Origin: a virus
Direction: 5' to 3' (one strand)
Length of the DNA: 31,765 nt
IMG/VR virus record: IMGVR_UViG_3300005947_000002
Location: 1 to 31,765 of that record
Made by a program: the position numbers and the translations under genes. Below, piece after piece: positions 22,496 to 30,358 of the stretch (within the stretch, counting starts at the first letter, position 1; each line of letters opens with the position of its first letter). The notes beneath the pieces are model-generated. The model saw only the letters and a program-made list of their open reading frames with translations. It was not told where the DNA came from and did no database searches.

Positions 22496-22748
22496 GCGAC
22501 CCAGGAGCTTTCTCGAGGAAGAAGCGACCAGGGGCGAAGAACCGCGGGCCGAGATCCACTTTCGCATCGACTGGGCCGACAAGCTCGAACTGCTCACCCA
22601 CATCCTCAAGCAACGACGCCCGATGGCTGACTGGCTGCGTGAGGCTGCTGTCGAGAAAATGGCGCGCGAGCTCGAGGCCGAGATGCACAAGGCAGCCGAG
22701 CCGGAAGAGGCAGCCAATATCTCAGATCTGCTCTTGCGTCACGAGTAA
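22488..22748 (+). CDS. ParG-like small RHH centromere-binding protein (86 aa)
   Basis: GGGAGGG lies 6 nt upstream, and the start overlaps the parA end. EIHFRIDWADKLELLTHILKQRRPMADWLREAAVEKM fits an RHH. Size and position match type Ib partition adaptors. Confidence 0.6.
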   Translation: MTKRPRSFLEEEATRGEEPRAEIHFRIDWADKLELLTHILKQRRPMADWLREAAVEKMARELEAEMHKAAEPEEAANISDLLLRHE

Positions 22749-23149
22749 CAGTCGCTGAAAGTTGCACGGCAGCCAGGCCATCGTATTGTACAGGTGGCTA
22801 CTTCTACATGTATCCTCCTTGGTCAACGGGCGCCAGCCACGCCCGTCCATGTAACGGCAGCGGGCGCGTGGTGTGAACGACAGACGCCCTGGCATCCCGA
22901 CTCTCTCTGAGGGTCGCCCGACACTGAGGACACCGCCCAGCGTCTCATATGGGGCGTGGTACTCTGTTCGGGTATGTATCCCGATCGTGAGCAAGCAGGT
23001 TCCACACCTGCCCGCCCCAACCTATGGTGCGTACCGACCCTCGCAGGGAACTGGCGCACCAACCTTTGCCCCGTATCACCTCACCCGTGCGCCGGGGCCT
23101 GTTCATTTTGTGACGTGCGGCTATGCTGTCGAATCATAGGGAGGCAATC
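22749..23149 (+). other. About 400-nt ORF-free, GC-rich, hairpin-dense region (candidate structured RNA / long 5' UTR / centromere)
   Basis: No ORF here has an SD or a GC3 bias. Perfect 7-bp hairpin ACGGGCG-ccagcca-CGCCCGT at 22826-22846. GGTGCG...CGCACC at 23026-23060 encloses CCCT-cgc-AGGG. CCACGCCC (22837) pairs with GGGCGTGG (22952). Confidence 0.35.
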
Positions 23150-23296
23150 ATGGACACAGTACCAGAGAAGATCGACCTGACGCCGGAAGAGAGGAAGGAA
23201 TTGAAGCTGAAGGCGGCGAGTCAGCTTGCCAATGTCCTGCTTTGGCTCGGAGTGACCGCGATCGGGATTGGTCTCCTGGTGGCATTCCTCAAATAG
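23150..23296 (+). CDS. Small tail-anchored membrane peptide (48 aa), not in the ORF track
   Basis: GGGAGG lies 5 nt upstream of the ATG. MDTVPEKIDLTPEERKELKLKAASQLANVLLWLGVTAIGIGLLVAFLK has a charged N-terminus and a C-terminal TM helix. Confidence 0.55.
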   Translation: MDTVPEKIDLTPEERKELKLKAASQLANVLLWLGVTAIGIGLLVAFLK

Positions 23297-23507
23297 GGAG
23301 ATCCGTGCCCGCCGTCTGCAGGGCGCCTGTCCTGTCAGCGTAAACCGTACCCGGACGTACAAATACACGTCTCTCTCCGCGAGATCTCTTCCTAGGGCCT
23401 CTTTTCGTCATGCCGGTCTGCCCAGGGAGCAATCTGACCCCAAATTGCGACGGCCGACCTGGAAAAAGCATCGGCCGAGGATCTCTTCCTGCTCTTGGCA
23501 GGTGAGG

Positions 23508-23927
23508 CTACAACTTCAACTCTTCCGTCGGCTGAAAATTCTGCGTAGGCATATCCCCAGTAGTGTCTCCTGTAAGCGCCGGGGTCGTTGTAACCGTCTC
23601 GGTCTTTGTCGATGCACCAGGGACAACGGGCGTGACAGTTTGTGTAGTTGTGACGTTGCCACCCTTGATGCGAGTAAGTATGTCATTTACAGCGTTGGAA
23701 CCACGGGAGATAACGATACCCGTGACCACGTAGTCGAAGACAGGTATCCCGCCTTCGATGCCAAGTAGACCGATGATTCCAACTTTCCACACGATGCAGA
23801 CGGAGATCCCGAGGACGATAGATGCGACCAGCTTGACCCACTTGGGGCAAGGGATGTCGCCCAATGTCATGTTGATGACGGCCTCGACAAGAATTGCAAA
23901 GACAAGCAGAATCAAAAACTGTGTCAT
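23508..23927 (-). CDS. Putative holin (139 aa)
   Basis: Three hydrophobic segments followed by a Thr-rich tail. Sits immediately downstream of the endolysin. AGGAG lies 9 nt upstream of the ATG at 23927. Confidence 0.6.
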   Translation of the reverse strand: MTQFLILLVFAILVEAVINMTLGDIPCPKWVKLVASIVLGISVCIVWKVGIIGLLGIEGGIPVFDYVVTGIVISRGSNAVNDILTRIKGGNVTTTQTVTPVVPGASTKTETVTTTPALTGDTTGDMPTQNFQPTEELKL

Positions 23928-23939
23928 GGTTTGCATCTC

Positions 23940-24701
23940 CTATATTTTACCCTTGGCCCGATAAAGCGACCAAGCAAGAAAGTTTGCGTCCATCAACTTC
24001 GTAGGGGACGTTCCCTTGTCAAAAATACCCTGATCAATACACCACTGCATCGCAGTAGAAAGGGCCGGAGCAGGAACAACTGGTACTGGCGTTACAACAG
24101 GCGTTACAACTGGATTCGTCATCGGTGCCTCCCAAGCTCCGAAGTCGTCTTGCTTGCTCTCATTCAGATCCACTGATGCCCCACCGACGGTCTGACCATT
24201 GAGGTACTGGTAGAAATGCGTATGAGCGGACACCTGGCCATTGCTCCATCCCCGCGTCTGCCAGAACCACTGAGCGGTTTTGTTGGCAAAGCACCGCTCC
24301 ACGACATAATACGAACCATAGACGCCTACCCTGGCAGCCCCGATGACGCTTGCGACGCCTCGCAGATAGAGGTCAATCGCAGGCTGTTGTGCCGATGTGC
24401 CAGCGAAGTCCACGGCAAAGTAGATAGGCCGTGACTCTGGAAAGCCGATAGCGCGAGCAAAGGCAAGGGCTGTCTTGCCATCTGTGACACCTGCTGCCTG
24501 ACCCTCAAGCGCACGGCCTGCATATGATTCATAGATGAGGACTAATCCGAGTCCTGCTGCCCTGATCGCCGTGGCTTCTGCTTTGGTGATCCCCTTTCCC
24601 CCTGGAGTTGGAGTGAATAGGTAACGAGCCACAGCCCCATATCCTTCGGCCTTGACCCTCTTTGGGTCAGGACGTCCACCTGAATAGTCCAATATTTTCA
24701 T
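23940..24701 (-). CDS. Endolysin, glycoside-hydrolase-like (DUF1906 / GH25-like) catalytic domain plus a C-terminal domain (253 aa)
   Basis: ILDYSGGRP...GYGAVARYL...ITKAEATAIRAAGLGLVLIYES...IYFAVDF...VGVYGSYY matches the DUF1906-type muramidase-like pattern. A Pro/Val/Thr linker separates the C-terminal domain. Confidence 0.7.
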   Translation of the reverse strand: MKILDYSGGRPDPKRVKAEGYGAVARYLFTPTPGGKGITKAEATAIRAAGLGLVLIYESYAGRALEGQAAGVTDGKTALAFARAIGFPESRPIYFAVDFAGTSAQQPAIDLYLRGVASVIGAARVGVYGSYYVVERCFANKTAQWFWQTRGWSNGQVSAHTHFYQYLNGQTVGGASVDLNESKQDDFGAWEAPMTNPVVTPVVTPVPVVPAPALSTAMQWCIDQGIFDKGTSPTKLMDANFLAWSLYRAKGKI

Positions 24702-24716
24702 AGTATCACACTCCTT

Positions 24717-25361
24717 TTACTTAGAAAGCACGCTGATAATGGTTACGACAACCGCTACTATGGCAAGAATGAGACTCCCAATGGAGACGAAGAGTGACGT
24801 GTCCTGCCGCCTGTTGCCGCGAGATTCATCCGTTCCCTTCTCCTGTCCCTGAGACAAATCAAGTCGTCGTGTCAGACGCAGTTCGAGGTTGCTGATATTC
24901 TGGTCTCTTCCACTGCCGGCTTCTCGCAGATGCTGCGACTCAGAATCGAACTTATCTCCGAGGCCCTTCAATCGGATATCCAGTTCTTCCTTCGTCGCGA
25001 ATGATGCAGCTTGGTCTCCCAACTGTTGCCGGAACTCATTGACAGACTCAAACCGCTTGTCAGCAGCGGTCTCAGCTTTGGCGACAGCCTTTTCTGAGGC
25101 TGCCATGGCTGCATTGACGGCCTTTTCTGAGGCTGCCATGGCCGTATTGACAGCTTCTTTTTGTGCTTGGAAAGCTGTCACCATGGCTGTGGACTGTTCA
25201 GTCTTTGCGGTCGTCATGGCGGTTTGCTGTGCATCAAAAGCTGAATCGACAGCCTTCGTTTGCATGACGAATCGCTCTTGAAGCATGTCCTTCATGTCGG
25301 AGAGTTGGATATCTTCGTATTCTTTCAGGGTATCCACAGTCCACACGGTCTCGGTTCTCAC
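24717..25361 (-). CDS. Coiled-coil protein with a C-terminal transmembrane anchor (214 aa)
   Basis: GTG start lies 5 nt after AGGAGGG and overlaps the upstream stop (GTGA). C-terminal LFVSIGSLILAIVAVVVTIISVL. A 33-bp tandem duplication (25088-25109 and 25121-25142) encodes AMAASEKAV twice. Confidence 0.6.
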   Translation of the reverse strand: MRTETVWTVDTLKEYEDIQLSDMKDMLQERFVMQTKAVDSAFDAQQTAMTTAKTEQSTAMVTAFQAQKEAVNTAMAASEKAVNAAMAASEKAVAKAETAADKRFESVNEFRQQLGDQAASFATKEELDIRLKGLGDKFDSESQHLREAGSGRDQNISNLELRLTRRLDLSQGQEKGTDESRGNRRQDTSLFVSIGSLILAIVAVVVTIISVLSK

Positions 25362-25462
25362 TTCGCCCCTCCTACGCAGTTACAAAGAAATACCACGTCC
25401 ATCAGCACTACAGTAATCAACACGGCCCATGCTATGACCGTCAACCATGTGGGGAACTTCAT
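25358..25462 (-). CDS. Small membrane peptide (34 aa), not in the ORF track
   Basis: MKFPTWLTVIAWAVLITVVLMDVVFLCNCVGGAK. Its stop overlaps the next GTG start. Its ATG overlaps the TGA of a 4-codon mini-ORF (MQLR) that carries the AGGAGG. Confidence 0.35.
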   Translation of the reverse strand: MKFPTWLTVIAWAVLITVVLMDVVFLCNCVGGAK

Positions 25463-25525
25463 CTCAGTTGCATGACGACCTCCTAAGGAACACGAGTGAG
25501 TTGAAAGCGACTGATCCATTCCATG

Positions 25526-26014
25526 TTATGGTTTTGTCGGTTTCACTGCCTTGACCGTCGTCACCTGTGCCGTTGTCATCATCCCCTTCGCCACGGCAAC
25601 AGAGAGCATCGGAGCAGACCACAATCCATTGTCATAGTTCTTCTGGATAATGGTCGTGTTACCCAGTACGTTCTTGCTTGCATCCGCCACGTCGGGGAGG
25701 GCAAGGATATTTGCGAACTCAGCCGCCGCCGCCATGCGTTCATCGGCACCAATGACAACTGGTGCAGGTGTGTTGATAATGGTTTCAATGGCGGTGATGG
25801 CCGCAGCCTCTGACAGTGCAGGGTCAATGTTATGAATTGCCCGCATCGCAGCCAAGTTCTCTACCGCCTGACACACATCGCCGTTTACTTCGATGATATG
25901 TACAAACGAGTCGACGGCAGGAAAGTGTGCCTTGATTTTTGCAGGGTCAGCAATCTCACCGTTCGGGAACATGTACGTTTTGTTGCCCGTAAACTTCTCT
26001 AATTTAAGCACCAT
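25526..26014 (-). CDS. Hypothetical tail-fibre-associated protein (162 aa)
   Basis: Clean ORF downstream of the fibre gene, in the lower-GC block. No motif recognised. Confidence 0.5.
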   Translation of the reverse strand: MVLKLEKFTGNKTYMFPNGEIADPAKIKAHFPAVDSFVHIIEVNGDVCQAVENLAAMRAIHNIDPALSEAAAITAIETIINTPAPVVIGADERMAAAAEFANILALPDVADASKNVLGNTTIIQKNYDNGLWSAPMLSVAVAKGMMTTAQVTTVKAVKPTKP

Positions 26015-26019
26015 TCCTC

Positions 26020-27090
26020 CTAAGAATATTGATAGGCATCAACAGCGGACCTAAAAGAACCAGCGGCATCAGCAAGTCCTCCACCAAAAAGTGCGTAAGT
26101 ACCTATTGTGGTGGCAGCAAGTTGCCATCTTGCCACAGAAAGCACGGTTGGTATAGAACGGATAAGTGAAGTATCGTAGGCATCAACGACGGCACTGACA
26201 ACAGCAGCCTTTCCCCCACCAAAGAGTGCATAGTTTCCAACGGTGGTCGCGGCCAAATGACTCCTTGCTACAGAGAGAACCGTGGGTGTAGAACGAACAA
26301 GAGAGGTATTGAAAGCATCAACGACAGCACTGGGGCTAGTGAGTAACCCCCCGCCCAAGAGTGCATAACCCCCTATGGTAGTTGCGGCTAGATTCGTACG
26401 TGCAGCAGAAAGAGTGACGGGATTTGAACGAACAAGGGATGTATTGTAAGCATCAAATCTGACCCCTGTGGCGCCAGAGTTGCTTCCTCCACCAAAAATG
26501 GCATAATTGCCAACAGTAGTCGCAGTAAGACCATCACGTGGCCAAGAGAGAACGGTTGGCGTAGAACGAACAAGGGACGTATTGTAGGCATCGACGGTAG
26601 TCAACGAATTATAACCATCGGCTCCTCCACCGAAGAGTGCATAGTTCCCTACGGTGGTAGCAGCGAGACCATACCGTGCTACAGAAAGGGCAGTTGGAGT
26701 AGAACGAACAAGAGATGCGTCGTATGCGTCGACGGTGTTTCTAAGTATTTGATTACCACCAGAGGTGATATCCTGCCCCCCACCGAAGAGTGCATAGTTC
26801 CCAATGGTAGTTGCAGCCAGTTTGCCTCTTGGTGCAGAAAGAGCAGTTGGAGTAGAACGAACAAGGGATACATTATAGGCATTGACAGTCGTCCAGGTAG
26901 TATAACTAAAACCATAAGCAGTACTCCCTCCTCCAAACAGTGCGTAACCCCCTACAGTAACAGCGACCAAAAGACAACGAGCCACAGAGAGGGGGGTAGC
27001 AACACCATAGTAAGAAAGAACAGGAACAAATGTCCCGATGACGCGAGATAGTTGAAACCTTCCCACCCACGGAAACGACTTTGCGCTCAT
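26020..27090 (-). CDS. Tail fibre / receptor-binding protein with seven Kelch-like repeats (predicted beta-propeller; 356 aa)
   Basis: Seven tandem units of about 47-50 aa, each with LS(V/A)AR..LAATT(V/I)GNYALFGGG......VDAY(N/D)TSLVRSTPT. ATGA overlap at 27087-27090. Confidence 0.7.
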   Translation of the reverse strand: MSAKSFPWVGRFQLSRVIGTFVPVLSYYGVATPLSVARCLLVAVTVGGYALFGGGSTAYGFSYTTWTTVNAYNVSLVRSTPTALSAPRGKLAATTIGNYALFGGGQDITSGGNQILRNTVDAYDASLVRSTPTALSVARYGLAATTVGNYALFGGGADGYNSLTTVDAYNTSLVRSTPTVLSWPRDGLTATTVGNYAIFGGGSNSGATGVRFDAYNTSLVRSNPVTLSAARTNLAATTIGGYALLGGGLLTSPSAVVDAFNTSLVRSTPTVLSVARSHLAATTVGNYALFGGGKAAVVSAVVDAYDTSLIRSIPTVLSVARWQLAATTIGTYALFGGGLADAAGSFRSAVDAYQYS

Positions 27091-27374
27091 GCCACGATCC
27101 CCAGGCCCTTGGCGTCCCAGCCCACATAATCGCAGCCAGCGTTGGTGATCGTCGCGGTCGTGTACCAGTCGCCCACCTTATTGACCGAGACCACGTGTGA
27201 CTCGGGCGTTCCTGTGGCAGCCACGGCGGTAACATGGACCACCGGGCGATCCTTGAACTTGTGCAGGAACGTGATGGTCGTCCCGGTTACTTCGCCGTAG
27301 TCAATCTGCTGACCGATCTGCCCTACGTAAGACTTGATGGCGCCGTTGATCAGATCGCTGCCCCGTCTGCTCAT
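27087..27374 (-). CDS. Hypothetical tail protein (95 aa)
   Basis: ATGA overlaps at both ends. Sits between the distal tail genes and the fibre gene. Confidence 0.5.
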   Translation of the reverse strand: MSRRGSDLINGAIKSYVGQIGQQIDYGEVTGTTITFLHKFKDRPVVHVTAVAATGTPESHVVSVNKVGDWYTTATITNAGCDYVGWDAKGLGIVA

Positions 27375-28381
27375 ACGATCATCGCCTCGAGGGTTGTGGT
27401 CACAGCAGTCGGCGTGATGTCGATGACCGATGAAGACACCTTGTAATGCCCCAGCTGGCCATTGACGTCATGCCAGTCGAACTGTTTCCAGAGCGTGTTC
27501 ATGAGCAGCCCAGCCCGCTGGACGGTGAGACCTTGCGCCGCCTGCCGGTCGAGCTTGTAGAGTTCGTCGGCCATGTCCTGCAACTTGGTATCCTTGAGCT
27601 GCCAGACCTCGGCGAGGAATGGGTTGACCTTCTTGCTCAGGTTGTAGTTGGTGAGGTCCGGCGTTATCCCGCTCATGCCCGCGATCTTGCCAGTGCCGGT
27701 GTTGCTGTTGGCCACCACGACATCTGAGTGGATCTGGTCATAGTGGAGGCCATAGCTCGCACCCATGATCAGCGGGTCGGTCTCTGACAGCGAGATCGTG
27801 CCAATGGGCGCCGTGTAGCAGGGCGCGACGATCGCGAACCGTCCCGTCTCGGGCACGGCGTAGATCGCGTAGCCCAGCCACTGCAGGATCTGCTGAATCT
27901 CTGCCAGGTAGGTTGAATTGGCTGCCAGGTAGATGCCACCGTCGCAGATGTCGGTCATGGGCGTGGTATTGGTGACCAGGATGTCGCAGGAGATCCCGGA
28001 CAGGGCGGATACGGCAGTCACCAGCGCCTGCAGAAGAGCACCGACGGTGCTCACCGTCCAGGACTTCTGAATGAGCGGCAGTTTCCAAGCTGAGAGTCGG
28101 TCGCTAAATGGCAAGTTGCTTGTGACGCCGTCCTTGAGTCGCTCCACCGTCCTGTCATCGAGTTCATAGTGATACGTCGTGTCGTCGATGGTGATCAGCC
28201 ACTCGCCGGCCAAGTTCCTCACGTCCATGACCGGCGACGGCTCAAAGCCCTCGAGCGTCGCGCCGCCCCCGTCGAACACCGAAGTCTTGAGCTGGATGTG
28301 CATCGGCAGATAGTTGGCCGTGGGCAGAGTGCCATAAAATGGAACAGCAATCGAGACGTCCGGTAGTCTTATGGTCGCCAT
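27371..28381 (-). CDS. Distal tail / baseplate-hub-like protein (336 aa)
   Basis: ATG at 28381 (MATIRLPDVSIAV). I rejected the 98-codon Arg-rich extension in the track. Lies downstream of the tape measure gene. Confidence 0.55.
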   Translation of the reverse strand: MATIRLPDVSIAVPFYGTLPTANYLPMHIQLKTSVFDGGGATLEGFEPSPVMDVRNLAGEWLITIDDTTYHYELDDRTVERLKDGVTSNLPFSDRLSAWKLPLIQKSWTVSTVGALLQALVTAVSALSGISCDILVTNTTPMTDICDGGIYLAANSTYLAEIQQILQWLGYAIYAVPETGRFAIVAPCYTAPIGTISLSETDPLIMGASYGLHYDQIHSDVVVANSNTGTGKIAGMSGITPDLTNYNLSKKVNPFLAEVWQLKDTKLQDMADELYKLDRQAAQGLTVQRAGLLMNTLWKQFDWHDVNGQLGHYKVSSSVIDITPTAVTTTLEAMIV

Positions 28382-28716
28382 AGCTCTATAGTGACCAGGT
28401 CTTGCTTGGCGACGTCCCGGCTGTCGTTCGAGGCGATGACCTGGGCGTCGACGCTCGCGAGTGAGTACGTCTGTCCGCCGAAGGTGATCGCCTCCTCGTT
28501 GTCCTTGAGACCGGTCATCAGGTCGGTGAACTTGGAGGCTCCTGCTGTGTGGATGACGAGACGGCGCTTCCAGTACCCGACGCCCCGGAACCCGATGGCA
28601 CCCCGGAGACCTGGGGCAATGGAACCCACAGGCGTCCAGACGTCGCCGGGCGTGGTTTCTTCGACGTAGGCGCACGTGCTTGTCCGTGTGGTATCATTTG
28701 GGATGGCGTAGCTCAT
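28369..28716 (-). CDS. Small distal tail component (115 aa)
   Basis: ATG at 28716 lies 4 nt after GGAGGG and directly follows the tape-measure stop. Confidence 0.5.
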   Translation of the reverse strand: MSYAIPNDTTRTSTCAYVEETTPGDVWTPVGSIAPGLRGAIGFRGVGYWKRRLVIHTAGASKFTDLMTGLKDNEEAITFGGQTYSLASVDAQVIASNDSRDVAKQDLVTIELWRP

Positions 28717-28717
28717 A

Positions 28718-30358
28718 TCACCCTCCAAAGGCAGCACTGCTGCCGAGCGCAGCCATGACTTTGGCGAAGACCAGGGAGCCGAGCGTTTCTTTCAGCTTGC
28801 TGAGTGCCGACTGATCGACCTTGATAGACGTGCCGTCGATCTTCAAGGTCAGTTGTAGCTCTGCTTTCTTGACCTTGACCGCACCGGACAGACTGCCGAT
28901 GTACGAGCTCAGGCCATTGACGTTGACCCCGGACACGTTGATTGGTGACCAGGTCGCGGCGTCCTTCGCTGCCTTCGCGGCGTCCTTCGCTGCCATGTCC
29001 GCGTACTTCTTCTCGATCTCTGCCCGCCTGGCTGCCGATGTTTCTGTGATCAGCACCTTGTCTAAGCCCGCCTTCTTCCAGGCTGCCACGTCCAGGTCAA
29101 GGTCATGAAGCTCCTGCTGCTTCTCCGTGTGCGAGGCGTCATAGAGCTGGTGCTGGAGGTCGAGGTTGGCGGTGATCTGGTCTCCGGTGAACGCGCCGGT
29201 CAGCGTAGGCGTGGGTCTGTTGTTGGAGAGGACAAGAGCATTCTGCATACCTTCCGTCCAGGTGCGATCCGGCCGCGTCATACCAGCTGCAGCTATCCCG
29301 GGTGTCGTCGTCAGCCCGTTGTCGTAGTTGTTGCCGTACGTTGGATTGAACGCATTGAGCAGTTTCTCGCGGGTAGCAGCCCAGGCGTCAGAGTTCGCTG
29401 CCTTGACCGCTGCGATACCCACCGTCAAGGGCAGAGCTGCCAACCCCAGGAGTTTCAGTAGCGCAGCCCAGCCGGCGCCCGCTGTCAGGGTGTCGATACT
29501 CGTTTTCAGAGCTGCGATGGCCACGACGGTCTTCAACGCCGCGCCACTTACCAGCAAGATGCCTCCAGCCGCCAGCGCACTCTGCGTGATGAGGCCTTTC
29601 ATGGAGTCCGGGGCATCGTTGAACTTCTCAACAAGGCTGGTCATGCCGGTTGCTGCTTTGGTGAGCTCAGGGATAAGACTCGTACCCAGGGACTCGCCCA
29701 GTTCGTCGATCGCACTCTTGAGCTTCTTGCCCCCGCCCTCGAGGCCGGACACTTTGGCGGCTGCCTGTCCTGCGTAGACTTGGAGCTGTTTCAGCACATC
29801 GTTGAAGTCGACTGTGCCATCGGCGCTCTTCTTAATGATCACGCCGTAGCGCTGGAACAACCCGACGTTGCCCGTCATGGCTTGTGCGCTTGCCCTGAAC
29901 GCCTGCTCGAGATCCATGCCCGTCACGGCACTCATGTCCAGCAGCCGGGGGAGTAGCGCCTCTGCTTGCGTCTCAGTCAGTTTCATGGTTGAAGCGAACG
30001 CCAGCGCGGACTTCTGTGTTTCGTCGTCGACCGTCGTCTGCTTGCGCAGGCTGTTGGTCAGATCGTCGATGTGCGCCATCGTGGCGATCGAATACTGACC
30101 CGTATTCTTGAGGGAGGTCGCCAGACTCTTCTGGACCGTCTCAGCGGCAGCAGCGTCTTTGGTCATGACCCCGACGCCTGCTATGAGGGCGGCCCCTGCG
30201 ACCATGGCCATCGTGCCGGCCTTCGACATGACGGCCAGCTGGTCGGCTTGTGACTTCTTGTCAGCAGCGGCCTGTTTGTCGCGTAGTTTCTGGAGCGCCG
30301 CCTCCGCGCCGCCCGTATTGACTGTTACATTGCCCTGAATATCAAACTCTTCGCTCAT
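28718..30358 (-). CDS. Tail tape measure protein (546 aa)
   Basis: Long Ala-rich helical protein with internal hydrophobic segments. Lies directly after the G/GT chaperone (TGATG junction). Confidence 0.85.
   Translation of the reverse strand: MSEEFDIQGNVTVNTGGAEAALQKLRDKQAAADKKSQADQLAVMSKAGTMAMVAGAALIAGVGVMTKDAAAAETVQKSLATSLKNTGQYSIATMAHIDDLTNSLRKQTTVDDETQKSALAFASTMKLTETQAEALLPRLLDMSAVTGMDLEQAFRASAQAMTGNVGLFQRYGVIIKKSADGTVDFNDVLKQLQVYAGQAAAKVSGLEGGGKKLKSAIDELGESLGTSLIPELTKAATGMTSLVEKFNDAPDSMKGLITQSALAAGGILLVSGAALKTVVAIAALKTSIDTLTAGAGWAALLKLLGLAALPLTVGIAAVKAANSDAWAATREKLLNAFNPTYGNNYDNGLTTTPGIAAAGMTRPDRTWTEGMQNALVLSNNRPTPTLTGAFTGDQITANLDLQHQLYDASHTEKQQELHDLDLDVAAWKKAGLDKVLITETSAARRAEIEKKYADMAAKDAAKAAKDAATWSPINVSGVNVNGLSSYIGSLSGAVKVKKAELQLTLKIDGTSIKVDQSALSKLKETLGSLVFAKVMAALGSSAAFGG

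Noticed and set aside
21713-22717. 334-aa minus-strand ORF
   Set aside because: It is antisense to the parA and ParG-like genes, which have clear motifs and SDs. The translation is low-complexity (Ser/Arg/Ala/His-rich).
22722-23139. Track ORFs inside the structured region (22722-22994 minus, 22823-23062 minus, 22873-23139 plus, 22956-23180 plus)
   Set aside because: They overlap one another in several frames, have no SD, give Arg/Pro/Gly/Ser-rich translations and contain no recognisable motif. I treated the region as non-coding.
22749-23149. Checked by eye for tRNA, tmRNA, RNase P, SRP RNA and common riboswitch cores (TPP, cobalamin, ZTP, c-di-GMP, SAM)
   Set aside because: I found no T-loop GTTCRANYC with matching arms and none of the conserved cores. 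This is only a visual check, so a covariance-model scan is still needed.
25460-25473. Four-codon mini-ORF (ATG CAA CTG AGA TGA) carrying the AGGAGG and overlapping the ATG of the 34-aa membrane peptide
   Set aside because: It could be a coupling device, but it is too short to tell apart from chance, and the downstream peptide itself is low confidence. Noted only in the feature evidence.
27371-28675. N-terminal extensions of track ORFs (this one, plus 190-786, 4494-5933, 14845-15603, 15560-16291, 19384-19644, 3443-3748, 10897-11148, 21575-22495)
   Set aside because: The extensions overlap the preceding gene, are Arg/Pro/Gly-rich, and lack an SD. Internal ATG/GTG codons coincide with ATGA/GTGA overlaps or strong SDs, so I used the shorter forms.
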